From Phyllosticta citribraziliensis (lineage: Eukaryota), in the NCBI RefSeq assembly GCF_038025025.1, contig NW_027117345.1, positions 806,001-870,000 of the forward strand: a stretch of 64,000 bases of DNA, in the 5' to 3' direction. Positions 1-12,584 of the stretch are shown here, in pieces. Under the pieces are notes generated by a model. The model had not been told where the DNA came from and did no database searches. It was given only the letters and a program-made list of their open reading frames with translations. A program made the position numbers and the translations under genes. How positions within the stretch are numbered: position 1 is the first letter of the stretch; each line of letters opens with the position of its first letter.

Positions 1-225
1 TGTGTCTGTAGCTCGCCGTCAGGATGGTGAACCTTATGCTCCTACAATGGGACCGACCCTTCAGTTGGATTTGACAGCTGCCATGCAAATGTCACCACCA
101 GACGGACGGCATCCTTGCATGGGTCATCAAAGACCAAGGCCCGCCGTGCCTGTCCACGAGCTCGCGAGTTTGCCGTCGTCTCACATCCGTCTTCGCGTCC
201 GTTGCTGTCCCTGTTTCACGTGCGA

Positions 226-360
226 CCATGCCATGCCATGCCATGAGCTGAGGGAGCTGACGGGACCCGGACGGGACCTCCCACATTTCCCTTCTCGCCC
301 CATGCCATGGCCACGCCCAGGGCATGCCGCCGCCTCTCCTCTCCTCTCCTCTCCTCTCCT
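226..360. repeat. (CCATG)4 and (CTCTC)n microsatellites
   Basis: ccatgccatgccatgccatg at ~226-245; ctctcctctcctctcc.. at ~334-360. Confidence 0.8.
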
Positions 361-827
361 CTGCCAGTCCAGTCCAGTGGCCCCCGTACCTCTTGGTGGT
401 TTCCATTATTGTACACCCCTCCTTGTCCCGCTTACCTGGCTCGGCCTCCTACTTACTGTACCTTGGCGACTGCTGCGACGCCGGCGCTTCTGCAGCACCC
501 ATCACCCCCATCCATCACCGTCTCTCCCGTTGGACCCTCCAAGCGCCGACTTCAAGCCACGCACCGTGCACGAGCCTTCTGCGATGCGCCCGTCGCCCGT
601 CGGCAAAAAACAACCTGTGCCATTCGCCGTATCCTCCATGTCTAAGCCCCCCGGAACCCAAGAACATGGTGACAAACCTTAATTTTCGCGTGCATCTGCC
701 GCCGTCATGCTTAACTGCGTGTCCCGCCTGATTTTCTTCACCTTTGCACTGTGACCGCCTTCCGGGATTCTTGGTTCCTCTTGAATGGGAACAAGTTGGA
801 TCCCGAGACCACATCTGACTTCGGTGG

Positions 828-2817
828 CTACACACCTGCAGCATTCTTCCTCCAGATGAATATGAAAGCTGCCGCCGCACATACCGTCGCCCCCAGCGCC
901 AAGTACAGGCTCGTGTTGTCCACTGGCTCCTCGTCCGACTTGGGAAATGCAGTCGATGGGTGCGTGGCGCATTCAGCAAGCTGCAGCACAGCCGCGGTCA
1001 GCACACTTGCAAGGCAACAGCCGGCGGGTTACTCACATGGACGAAGAATTCGGAAATTGTGCTCCAAGTGACGCTGACGTGCAAAGGTGCCGCCATGTTC
1101 AAGGCGCCCGTGTACTCGTCTGGCTGCAGTTCGCTCCGCTGCATCGTCTTGTCTTGGTCAGCTTTGAGGGCTGTATACACTGCTGGTATGGCGTCGACAT
1201 GAGGATAGCGCCTCCGGAGCTGGACAATGTACTCGAAGCTGTCGGGATCGCTCGAGTCGTACGTGTAGCAGAGCAGGTCGCATGCGTCGAGCTTCGCTTG
1301 ATTCTCCAAAATGGCCGGCTCTAGCTCGCCCAGCTCTTCAAGAATCAGGTAGCACTGCTTCCCGCCTTGAAGCTCGACACTGTTTACGGCCGATCTCGGC
1401 TTGATGGTGGGATGATGCATGCCGCTAAAAGGTCGATTCAAGAATGCATTCAAGAGCGAGCTCTTGCCACTCCCACTCGCCCCCAGCACGTAGCAAAGGA
1501 TTACATTGCGCTCCACTCTCCCCGGCCTGTTGCGCCTCTTGCGCGGTTTAGTGGCTTTCAAAGCGGCAGTTGTTCCACCCCGCTCAGCGCTCTCGAATCC
1601 CAGGTAGGCGAGGTACTCCAGCGTCGTCTTTGGCTCTTCGAATGTCGTCATGCTCCACTGCGCCAACCAGCCCTGCAAGGTAATGTATCCGGCCTCGTTA
1701 CGCACTGCGCACGAAGGGAACGCCGAGTCAACCCAGGATGCGGGCAGCCCTGGCGTGGGAGCAAATAGAGCCGCCAGTTCGGCGTCATTCAGCCCGCCGT
1801 CATTGTCCTTGTCGTGTAGGAGGAATAGGTCTACAAAGAAGCGGTATCCAGCTGGACTTAGCTCGGCAGATGCGTGCTGAGGTACGTCGAACTTGGGGTG
1901 CAAAAAACTGTCCTTCAGACTAAGGCTGTCAGTGTAGTGGAACTTTCTCAGGATGGTCCATATCGTCTCGTGCCGGCCCTTTTCTGCAAAAACCTTGTGT
2001 AGCAGTAGGAAGCCCCTCTCATCAATGCCTCGCTCGGTGGCCGACTCGGGCGCCCATTTCTGGATCGAGCGCTTAATATTCAAAAGGTCCTCCTCAGATA
2101 GGGGCTTGTCGAAGCACTTCTTCTGAAAGTCATGCAGCTCCTTGTCATTCAGGAACCCGTCTTGATCCTTGTCACAAAGATAGAATATCCGGCGCAAGGC
2201 AGCCATGGCGGCCGGTTTCAAATTGGCCTCTTTGGAATCGTAGAGGGGAGCGATCGGGTGCGTGACGGCCTTTTGACAAAGGAAGAAGACTTCGTTGATG
2301 TTGTGGTGGTCCTTTGCGCTGGTCCGTACGCACGAGTCAATCTCCTTGAATTCGTTCATGACGGGCAGCATCTCGTCTGCGACGACCTGGGCAGTGTTGC
2401 CGTTGGTATGCAAGTCAGACTTGTTGGCGCACAAGACGACAGGAACGTTGACTCCCAGCGAGCGGAAATATGGCATCCAAAACAGAGCCACACGCTCGTA
2501 GCTGTAGTGGTCCGAGTAGACCAGCAGTATGACGTTGGACTTGCGGAGCTCCTTGCGGAGCTTGTCGCGTTCCTGCGGGAGGGCCGAGGTGTCGACAATG
2601 GTGGTGGTGACATTCTCAGGAGTGCCTAGCGTGGGCGGCAGCGTGACGGGCGGGAGGACGCTTTGGATCTTGGGGACGAAGACGTCCTTGACGAGCGAGG
2701 TGATGAGGGAGCTTTTCCCTGGCGTGCAGCGTCAGCGCAAAGGGACGACGGGAGGGGCTTCTGACGCGACGGACCGGTGCCCTCGTCACCGCAGACACAT
2801 ATGCGCACAGAAGCCAT
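828..2817 (-). CDS. GEM1: Mitochondrial Rho GTPase (Miro), spliced
   Basis: Starts [21 protein letters not shown] (P-loop split by an intron). Contains EF-hands ([24 protein letters not shown]) and a second GTPase P-loop (GASGSGKS). Last exon (~980-828) encodes a tail anchor [21 protein letters not shown]; stop at 828-830. Confidence 0.95.
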
Positions 2818-3501
2818 GGGAGCGCGGAGGAGGAGGAGGAGGAGCAGGAGGAGGAGATGGAGCAGAGAGATCGATGTGGGTGTCGCAACAGAACCAAGTC
2901 CAGGGACGCGAACCGGGTACAGTTGGTGACCCGCGACGCTACCATGCTGCTGGGCTTGCGCTGATTCGTTAGTCCCTGACCCGCGTCTCCTTCGCCGACT
3001 GCAGTGGAGGACTTCTGCTCCAGCCAGTTCAACCAAACAGGCGCCTTGGTTTGGTTTGCTCGAAGATTGGATTCGTGCAGCTCACCCAGCACTTCCCGGA
3101 CCTTTTGTCGTCGACCCGCGCTTGGCTTCAGACCATGTCCACGTCCATCCTCTCCAGTCTGACATCGAGGCCGCCCGTTCGCCGCAGCAGCAGCAGCATT
3201 TAGCCGTCCGCCCACTGCGGTCCGAAGCATTGCGGCGCGGTGAGCGCACCAACCTCTCTCTCCACACTAGACGTCGAGATCGCTGTCGCTACATCATCGT
3301 CTGCTTCCCCCTTCGTCAAGCACATGAAAAAGGGACAGTTGGTCGATTAAGGTTCGACAACCACGCCCAAGACCGCCGCAAAGCTTATGCACGCCGCCGT
3401 ACGTCCAATTCTCTGTCTCACCACCCGAAGCCTCGTCCTCCCATTGGCGCTGCGCACAAGCTGATAAGGTCTGCCAAAGTGAAGCGGAAGCTGAAGACGA
3501 C

Positions 3502-6101
3502 ATGTTTGTGCTGCCGCCCGCCCCCCGTTACCCCCCAGGTCAATATGGCTTGGGAATGACTGGCCAGCCCGTCATCGAGACCAACAACGTCCTGTCGCGC
3601 CCGACGGGCCCGGAACATCAGCTGGTAGTCGGCGAAGGTAGTCACCTCTCAGAACAATGCTGGAATTCGACGGCCCTCCTGACGCAGCGCCCACAGGCAC
3701 CTACGTGCTCCGCGACAGCCTACACCTTGCGACGCCGCCGCCCCATCCCTCCGAAGCCCCCGTGCAGAACCCCAACCCGCTCGCGACGGCGCCCTCCCCT
3801 CCTACAGCCGGCACGAAGCTGTCGCTGACCATCCTGGCCCCGCGACGACCGCAACTCCCCCGCCTTCAAAGATCCGAGACCACCAATAGCGCAATATCTG
3901 GAATACCGCCGAGCATAGCAGAGAGTCCGCACGAATCGCAGAGCGCGAGCAGCGACTTCAGCTCGCCGTACTCTAGAGCCAATGGGCTCGGATTCGCGGC
4001 GGCTCCCGTGTTTGGCGAAGGAAATCCGTCTCTGATGCTGTCAAACGGCAAGGAGCCCAAGGACCCCTTGAAGCGGCGGAAGCCCAAGAACAACATAATT
4101 AAGAGCAACTCATCCTTCGTATCCCGCGTCATCCCACACGAGGCACTCTCGAAACGATTACAAGAGCGGAGCGGAGACGGGTTGTTGGCATTTGCAAACG
4201 TGAATAGAGCGCTGCAATGGCTAGATTTGTCGGCTTCGAACAAGGTTCGCATTGGCTGATACGCGTTCGCTGGACGGCAGTCGGAGCCGCGCTAACCCCA
4301 AATCTCACAGGATGAACATCTCACCAAGATCCTCTTCACCAAGGCGCATGCGCTGTGCCATGATGTAAATCGAGTGACCAAAACGAGCAATCACATTGAC
4401 ATTGTGCTCGGGTTTTCGACGGGCGACATAATATGGTATGAGCCAATGTCGCAAAAATACGCGAGGATCAACAAGAATGTAAGACGTCGAGTTCCCTTCT
4501 TCTCCCCAATCGTTGTGTCGTCGCAAGCTCCCTGGCCGCTGCGTTTGCGCGGTCAGGGGTAGCAAAAGCTGTGGCACCGTGATTGAAACGCAAAGCCCCA
4601 CGAGGCATTTCTGGCTGCAGGTACATCAAACTTGAAGCGATGATGTCAACGCTGCTCACGTCGTCACTCTCCGCGGAGGCAGGTCGAGAACATGCATGGG
4701 ATCTGACACATTCCAGGGGGCAATCAACAGCAGTGCTGTCTCGGAAATCCGGTGGATACCAAATTCAGACTCGCTGTTTCTAGCGGCCCACATGGATGGG
4801 ACCGTGGTTGTCTACGACAAGGAGAAAGAAGACGCCCCATTCGTACCCGAGGGGACGAGTCCACATAGCGAAAAGCCGCCAAGCGAGAATGGTCGAAGCG
4901 CCGCGCTGCATATGCAAAAGTCGGTCCAATCGAGAAACCAGAAGAGCAATCCGGTGGCAGTGTGGAAAGTTTCCAAGTCCAAAGTCAATGCTTTTGCATT
5001 CTCGCCGGACTGCCGGCGTCTGGCAGTCGTGTCAGAAGACGGCTCGTTGCGCATCATCGACTACCTCCAGGAAAAGTAGGCACCTCGAGACACCCGCAAG
5101 GCACTGACGGACACGAAGGCTGATTTGAGGGCATCACGCAGACTTTTGGACATATTCCGCAGCTATTATGGCGGGCTCATGTGCGTGTGCTGGTCTCCGG
5201 ACGGCAGGTACGTGGTGACGGGTGGGCAGGACGACCTCGTGTCGATATGGTCAGTCGAAGACAGCATGCTGGTTGCACGATGCCAGGGACACAACTCGTG
5301 GGTTACGAGCGTAGCATTCGACCCGTGGCGGTGCGACGATCGCAACTACCGGTTTGGTAGCGTTGGGGAGGACTGCCGGCTCCTATTGTGGGACTTTAGT
5401 GTCGGCATGCTGCATCGGCCGCGAGCGGTAAGTCACATCGACCGACGGGCGGACGGGGCGGGGGCGCTGGAATTTTTTTCTCCGGCGATGCTGACCGGTG
5501 TTGATGGAGTCGCAGGCATCGGTTCGGCAACGAGGGAGCATTTCGTCTCACATTGCGCCGGCACGAAATCCGGCAAGCAACTCAACGACGCGACTGAGAT
5601 CGGATTCAAACGGGACGACGGGGAGCGCAGAGCAGGGCATGGAACAACAGGCGGAGCATCCTGTTGAGCCGCGGGCACGCACGGCCATGTTGCCGCCGGT
5701 CATGGTATTCTCGCCGAGTGGACCCGATAGTGACTGACTGGACTGGATCGTTTGCTGACGGGTGATGGGCAGGCGAAATCGGTCGACGAGCACCCGCTTT
5801 GCTGGCTCGGATTCGAGGAGGATTGCATTCTGACATCGTGCGAAAACGGTGAGTGCAGATTGGCGACAGGAGGCGGCCTTATCTGTCAAGATGTAGATTT
5901 TCGCGGCGCTAGCATGGCATCGGGCGGCCCACGGCACTACTGGCACTCGCCGTCGTGTGCGCGCAGGAACCCGCCTCGCGCGCAGATCCATCCAGACTTG
6001 CTCGTTCTCGCTGTTCGACGTGCTGACGATTGGCAACAGGTCACATCAAGACATGGAACCGACCAAGGGAGGGATATGACGAGGAGCAAAGCTCAGCATA
6101 G
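3502..6101 (+). CDS. creC: WD40 catabolite repression protein CreC-like (WDR20 family), multi-exon
   Basis: Begins [11 protein letters not shown], then [37 protein letters not shown] and WD repeats ([53 protein letters not shown]). Last exon GHIKTWNRP ends in TAG at 6099-6101. Confidence 0.9.
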
Positions 6102-6554
6102 AAGCGTCTGGTGCTGGGCGGACATGGACATGGTCGCGCTGCAGCTGTATGTATATAACCTGCTCATGTCGTTCTGTTTTGAAACAAAAGCCAGGCAAGC
6201 GGGTGCAAATCATGGATGCGGGATAAGAGAGGGGCGTTTGATCATGTTCGATGCGTGTGCTGAGTGTCAGTCGATGGGCTGACCGTGATAACGGACATGT
6301 ATGTAGCTGCGGGAGTGGCTTGTGATCACGACAGATGGACGGTGAAACAAGCAGGGCCATGTGCATGCAGTCAGCTGGAGTGTCGAGAAGAAACACCTCA
6401 GAAATGTGGTTGTTGTCGTTGTCGTGGCCAGGCCAGATTGTAGCCCCCCTGTCGGCGGACCGCAAACAGCGGGTAGGGAGCGGGTCTTTTGGGTGGTTCT
6501 GTACTTATCTTTGCACTGGTTCCTTGGTGTGGCGTCGCAGCAGAGAAGGGTGGG

Positions 6555-6577
6555 AAAAAAAAAAAAAAAAAAAAAAA
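6555..6577. repeat. Poly(A) tract (23 nt)
   Basis: A run between creC and creD. Confidence 0.9.
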
Positions 6578-7358
6578 GGCAGGCCCACGTCATAGCAAAT
6601 TCAATGGAAATGCTCCCTGTACTGAGGCGGTCCTGGTCCGGGCAGCGGAACGGAGAGATTAGGAGCAGGCAAGCCAGCGGTAACGTCTGGCCTCTCTATC
6701 GCGCGGGCCCGCTGAGCAACGAGGCAAAAAAAATAGAACAAAAGGGCGCCCTCGTCCGCAATTGTGTTGGTGCTTTCGGTACTTTCTTCTCACTGCCTGC
6801 ATGTGCCAGTGTCAGGAGCCGCGACCCTGGTACCAGACCTGACCTACGGTAGCTCACTCACTGCTGCATCCACCACGCCCACCCCACGCCCACGCCCGTC
6901 TCGACCTTGGGCCGCCGCCGCCGCCGCACCGAACCGAACCGTCGCGTCCGTTCCACACTGGGCTTGCCTCTGCTGTCTGCGCCATCTTCGTCTGCCGCGT
7001 CGCGCTGCATTTCATCACGTCATCCCGTCCGCTGAAGCAACCGTCGGCATACCTTCTTTGTCGCCTCGCCCTGCTCAAGTTCGCTGCTACGCTACGCTAC
7101 CCTACGCTGCGCTGCCAACAAACCTTGCTTTTTTCTCGCCCCGACGCCGAATCTTTGCTACCCTCCCACAAACTCTCTCTTCTTCGACCGGTCGTATGAT
7201 CCCTCGTCGACCTTCCCGCCAATCTACTTAATTATCCGGCCCTCTCTCTCTAACCCACCGACCGCCCTCTTCCCTGCCTCGCCTCGAGAAATTATTTCCA
7301 CCAACCCGCTGGCCCCAGAGCTGGCCCTCGACCGCACCACCACTGCCTCGCCGCCGAA

Positions 7359-9600
7359 ATGGTCACTACTCCCAAAGTCTTTGGCGGAAGCAGGTCAAAG
7401 CCGGTTCTTGAAATAAGGTACGCTTCATCCCAGAGCTTCATGTTTTGGCTGGACGGGGCATGCAGCAACATGTCTCGAAGAAGAGGGAAGAAGGAAAAAG
7501 ACCCACAAGCTTCCTGCAACCGCCTGTCTTGCGTGGGCATACATCAATCTTTCCCCAAAACCCCGAACAATGCGTCCAGACCAAAGATCTTTCATGTGTT
7601 TCGCAGCTAGCTTTGGACTGTGCCTGACAGCTAATCTGCTTCATTCAGACCCGATTCGCCCTTTGTCGTCTTCTCCGGTGATGCGCACAACGCCGAACCA
7701 GTTAACCTCACCGGAAAATTGGTCTTGACCAACCGCGACTCGATCCCCATCCGCTACATCAAGCTGTCGCTGATCGGCACTCGCAAAATCTCGTGCGTAG
7801 ACACTCTGGGCAAACTTGGATTGCGCAGCCATGACTGACTCGACCAATCCAGTTGGCTCACCAACGCCGTGAACCCCCAGCAAATTGTCTACAAGGATGA
7901 GTTCCTCAGGGACGACATGCTGCTATACCCCGCCGACCCCAGCAGCAAGAAGATTGTCCACACAATGGGACCTGGCATCCACGAGTGGAATTTTAAGTTC
8001 ATCCTCAAAGGGAACTTGCCAGAAAGCGTCGAAGGTCTCGCCGGCAGCTACATAATTTACAACCTGCATGCCACGCTCGATCGGGGCATGATGGCCAAGT
8101 GTCTGTATGCAGACAGGCACTTGAGAATTGTTCGGACGCTTGCGAATGAAATTCTGTCAGAGGCTGCCATGGAGCAGGTATGTGCTCGGATCCTCGCCTG
8201 TCCAGCTTCCCAGCTTTGACCTCTAACAACTTGGCAGACCAACGAGGACGTGTGGGCGGACAAGCTGGCCTACAAGATTACGATACCTCAAACCAACTTC
8301 ATATTCGGGACTCAGGCCACGGCCGATTTCCAATTGATTCCTCTCAAGAAAGGCGTTACAATAGGGAAAATCAAGATGGAGTTGCACGAGCACGTCATCC
8401 TGAATGCTATCCAAGGGGAACGCACCATTCCACACTCGTGGGACGCAATCGTGGCAAAGGAGGAGTACGACATGCCCGACGACGCTGAGCAGAGGATGAC
8501 CGACGAGGATGACGACCATCCGTTTGACGAATCTTTCAAGTTCAAACTAACGCTCCCATTCCCGAAATCGCTCAAGAAATGCAGACAGAATGTGGACACG
8601 GACTTCATCAGAATCGACCACAAGATCAAGCTCTACGTCAACCTTCACAACCCAGAAGGTCATACCAGCCAGGTACGGTTTCCACGTCGTTCGCCGTGAC
8701 GGGTCCGAAACTAACAGCATGCAGCTCCTTGTCAAGAACAATTGTGTTTTGTTTATTTCGCCAAACCTTCCCGTAGGAGAGGACCAGACTGTCTCGCCGG
8801 CTTCGGGAGCCCTGATAGAAGCAGCCATGCATGCCGAGGCGACACAGGCGGCGCCTCCTACCTATGCTGAACACCAGCTGGACCAAATGTACAGCGACAT
8901 CGACCCACGAGGATTTAGAACGCCAGGATGGCGGTCGCCGGCTCCCAGCGGATATGCAACCCCCTTGTACGCTCAAAGCCGCCGGAACTCAGCCGAAGAC
9001 CTGCCATCAATGGACGCTGTTGCAGGATCCGGGGGCCTGGGTGCATCTGCAAGCCAGCTGCACTCGCGCCTTGCTCGTCTCAGCCTTTCTCAGAATCACC
9101 CTTCAGATTTCCGCTCAAGATCGGGCAGCTACTTTTCTCGACATTCATCTGGGACGAACACGCCCAGGAATGGATATGAAAGTTCGGCACCAGTCAGCCC
9201 CGGTGGTCAAAATGGCTCTCATCAAGTGTCGGAGAACTCGAGTGGACACCAATCCCACAACAGCGCCAATCACTCGCCTCAGGCCAGTTACTTTCCGCCT
9301 GTGGCTGAGATTCGGGTGGAATACGACATGGAGGCACTTGCACGAATACCGAGCTACAACACGGCGCTGCAGACGCCCATACGAACCCCCATCAGCGAAG
9401 GGCTGCCAACGTACGAGGTGGCCACGAGCAGACCGGCGAGTCCGGTCCATGACCTGCAACGACCCGGTGCAGTTCACGTTCGAAGCAGGGATAGCACCCC
9501 TTCACCCACTGGCAGTCTGGCAACATTGACAGAAGAGACGGAGAGGAACACAGCATATAATTCGTTGCGACCCGAGGCAGCTGCACGTGTCGCCCACTAG
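7359..9600 (+). CDS. creD: Alpha-arrestin / HECT-ligase adaptor, CreD/Rod1-like, multi-exon
   Basis: Arrestin-N (LTGKLVL, GIHEWNFKFILKGNLPESVEGL, HLRIVRTL) and arrestin-C (WADKLAYKITIP, IDHKIKLYVNLHNPEGHTSQL), followed by a Ser-rich tail with PPTY, IPSY and LPTY motifs. The creD name is inferred from family membership plus adjacency to creC. Confidence 0.8.
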
Positions 9601-10300
9601 TGAGATGATGGGTTTGTCCTGGTTTCGATTGACGTCTTGACGACGGTCTGTTGGTTTTCATTGGTACACAACTCGTAGACGGATTGACTCGGTCTTTAGT
9701 TTTCCTTTTTTTCCTTTTTTTTTTCTCTCTTTCATTCTCAATAGACGGTAAAGCCTGGCGCGGTAGATACCCACCTCCTGGCGTCATATTAGCATTTTCA
9801 CTGGCGTATGGGCGGGCTGCTTGACACGAGCGGAAAAAGATTCTTGGTTTCGAGCGATATCGCTGCTAGAGTAGAGAATAGGGAGGGCTTAATCAGAGAG
9901 AGCATGGCACCGATGGACTGTTGATCATGCGGGAGCATGTCAATCAATGCAGCAACTACATTAGTGCATGCGGGCTGCATGATGGACCTAGGTCCGCATG
10001 ATCCCTGCGCCATATGACGTCGGGGGAGAGGGCCAAGATAAACATGGATGCCGGGCGGGAGCCGGAACGGTCCTGAGGTAAGGATGGGCTAGAACATGTG
10101 TCAGTGTCAGGGTCCTAGTGCTGACTGACCATCACGGTGACTTCATTCCTGATCTGGCCCATGATGTGGGCACATAGGTTCCTTGTCAAGCCTTTCAACG
10201 ACTGGGCATGATTTTGTGTTTCCCAACACCCCCCTAAAGACGCCCCCGAAGCCGAGTCTGGACGCCTCTGACGCGTTGAGCTCGCCAAGCCGTATTTGAT

Positions 10301-10322
10301 CCCCCCCCCCCCCCCCCCCCCC
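10301..10322. repeat. Poly(C) tract (22 nt)
   Basis: C run about 170 bp upstream of the PH-gene ATG. Confidence 0.9.
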
Positions 10323-10492
10323 AGCTCATTATCCTGGCTCGCCCCGAACCACAACCACCTCCGATCCCGCCCTCTACCCTGCACACCAACTCCACTGTTC
10401 CTTGAGCCTCCCCATCTCTTCCGCGATACCCATTCTATCGCGAATATCCCTACCCATCACCGATCCTACGACGCAACAGCAGCCAATTCGCA

Positions 10493-12100
10493 ATGGCAAG
10501 CCCTACCGAATCCACGCTCCCTAGGAGGGCCACGACGACGACGACCATGGGCGACGAGAGCGCCATTCCCGACGAAGACACCAGCGAGGCAAGCCATGTT
10601 GATGCGCACAATTCCCAGACCTTGCGCACTAACCAGGGCCCTTGATTCAGGTTACCAAGCTCTTCCAGGAGCGCCTGCAGGCTTGGAAACACGCCTGCGG
10701 TTACATCGAGGAGTACATCACGGCCACCGAGAAGCTCCAGACTAGCCAGGGCAAGGAATACGAAAAAGTTCTGAAGGTCGGTCAAGTCGCATCCTCTTCA
10801 ATGCGTGCGCGCGTTGCTAACAGGGGTACAGACAGTCTCCTCTCCCCTGAAAGAAGGACACCACTTCAGTCAGGACATGGGCGGAGTGGCAGGGTGGTTT
10901 GACAACATTCGATCCAACACTCAGGTCAGTCGCAGCCGCAATCTCAACCCCCGTTCTCAATTGACGTCCTAGGCACTTTCGAATTCGCACCAAAACACCG
11001 CCAAGTCGCTCAAAGGCCAGGTCCTCCCAATATTCGAACGCCTGCACGCCGAGATAAAGAACAAGAACAAGGAGCTCACCAAGGGGGCTGGAAAGACTGG
11101 AAAGGCCGTCGACAAGGCTCGTGCTGTGACCCAAAAGCATATCGAGCTGCTAGGTCAGCACACTGCTGCGTTCGCGTCTGCCGGCGGCAGAATAACCGCC
11201 GACCAGGATCCTTACGTTCTCAAGCGCCAAGTCGTCCATCGCCTGAACAAGCAATGCATCGAGGAGAACAACAACCGCCAGGATCTCCTGGCTGTGCAGA
11301 ACAATTTCGCGCAATTTGAAGCGCACATTGTCCAGACTTTCCAGACCGGCATGGGCCAATTCAACACAGTCATAAACACGCAGATGGAGCAAAGCAAGGC
11401 CATGTACGCCGACATCGTCGGCACTTGCCAGTGCATCCCTGGAAACTTTGAGTGGGAGGGTTTCATCAAGCGCGAGACTAACATTCTCATTGATCCTTCT
11501 GCCCCTCCTCGCTCTGTGGGCAATATTGCATTTCCCAACCAACACCATGAGGCAGCACAGCCCCTGATTGCGGGCTCGTTGGAGAAGAGAGGAAAGATGC
11601 TTCGTCGCTACGACGCTAATTACTATGTGGTCACGCCAGCCAAGTACCTGCACGAATTCAAGACAGACGACGACTTTCAAAAGGACCCGGAGCCCGAACT
11701 CTCGCTGTTCCTGCCTGATTGCGCCGTCGGCGCCATCGATGGCAGCAAGTTCAATGTCAAGGGCAAAGACGTCTCCAAAGGAAAGATTGGCAACGCTTTT
11801 TCCATGACGCACGAAATAGCCTTCAAGGCGCACACAGCCAGCGACGCCGAAAAATGGTGGAACATTATTCGCGAATGCGCAGGCAGCACTACAAGCGAAC
11901 AACCCATCAGCCCGGCAGAGAGTAGGGCTACCAGCGGTAGTATGGCGTCGAGCCCGATCAGCCCAGATGGAAAAATGTCGCCGCTGCAGACACAGGGTAT
12001 CACGAGTGCCACTAGCTCAGAGCCTACGTCTGCTGTTGCAACCACGACTCCTGCTGCGCTAACCAGCGGTGTGAGTGATGAGAAGAAGGAGAAGGCTTGA
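10493..12100 (+). CDS. Slm1-like BAR + PH domain protein
   Basis: LFQERLQAWKHACGYIEEY helical N-terminus, DPYVLK, and a PH domain (IAGSLEKRGKMLRRYDANYYVVTPAKYLHEFK...AEKWWNII). Three introns; the first is GC-AG. Confidence 0.8.
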
Positions 12101-12584
12101 GGTTGGGAGCGAGGTAGTTGACCCTATGGCGCGGTCAAATTTTGGATTCCCCTTTCCGCCATTTTCTCTTCAACGCAACACGTCACGAAAACGACACTCA
12201 ATCGCGTCGACGCCTGACTTCATCTCCTTTTGTTTCTTTCACGTCTCGGCTGGGGGGAAGCTTTTGGTCTGTTTTGGTTAGCAGTATATCACAGGTCTGG
12301 TCTCGACCCCTTTCTAACATCATACGAGTGTTCAAACGCGCACAATGCTTGAAACTCCTGAAGACGATGCGCGGCCCGTATTCTGCGCCAGGATCAGTCC
12401 CGTATATGCCGTGAAGTTGTGGGCCCTGAAGATGAACCCAGGGGCTAGAGCAGAGAGCCCCTTGCGCACCCCACGCCGGTCCCGCCCGCTCTCCCGCCCG
12501 CGCTCTCGGCGCCTCCACGTACTCGCGCCCGAACATGCCACCTTCCCGTCACGTCGCAACCAACAGCCGGAAAATATTGCTCTC

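Noticed and set aside
2..731. Overlapping ORFs at the window start
   Set aside because: They run through microsatellites and have no recognisable domains; probably GEM1 3' region and intergenic DNA.
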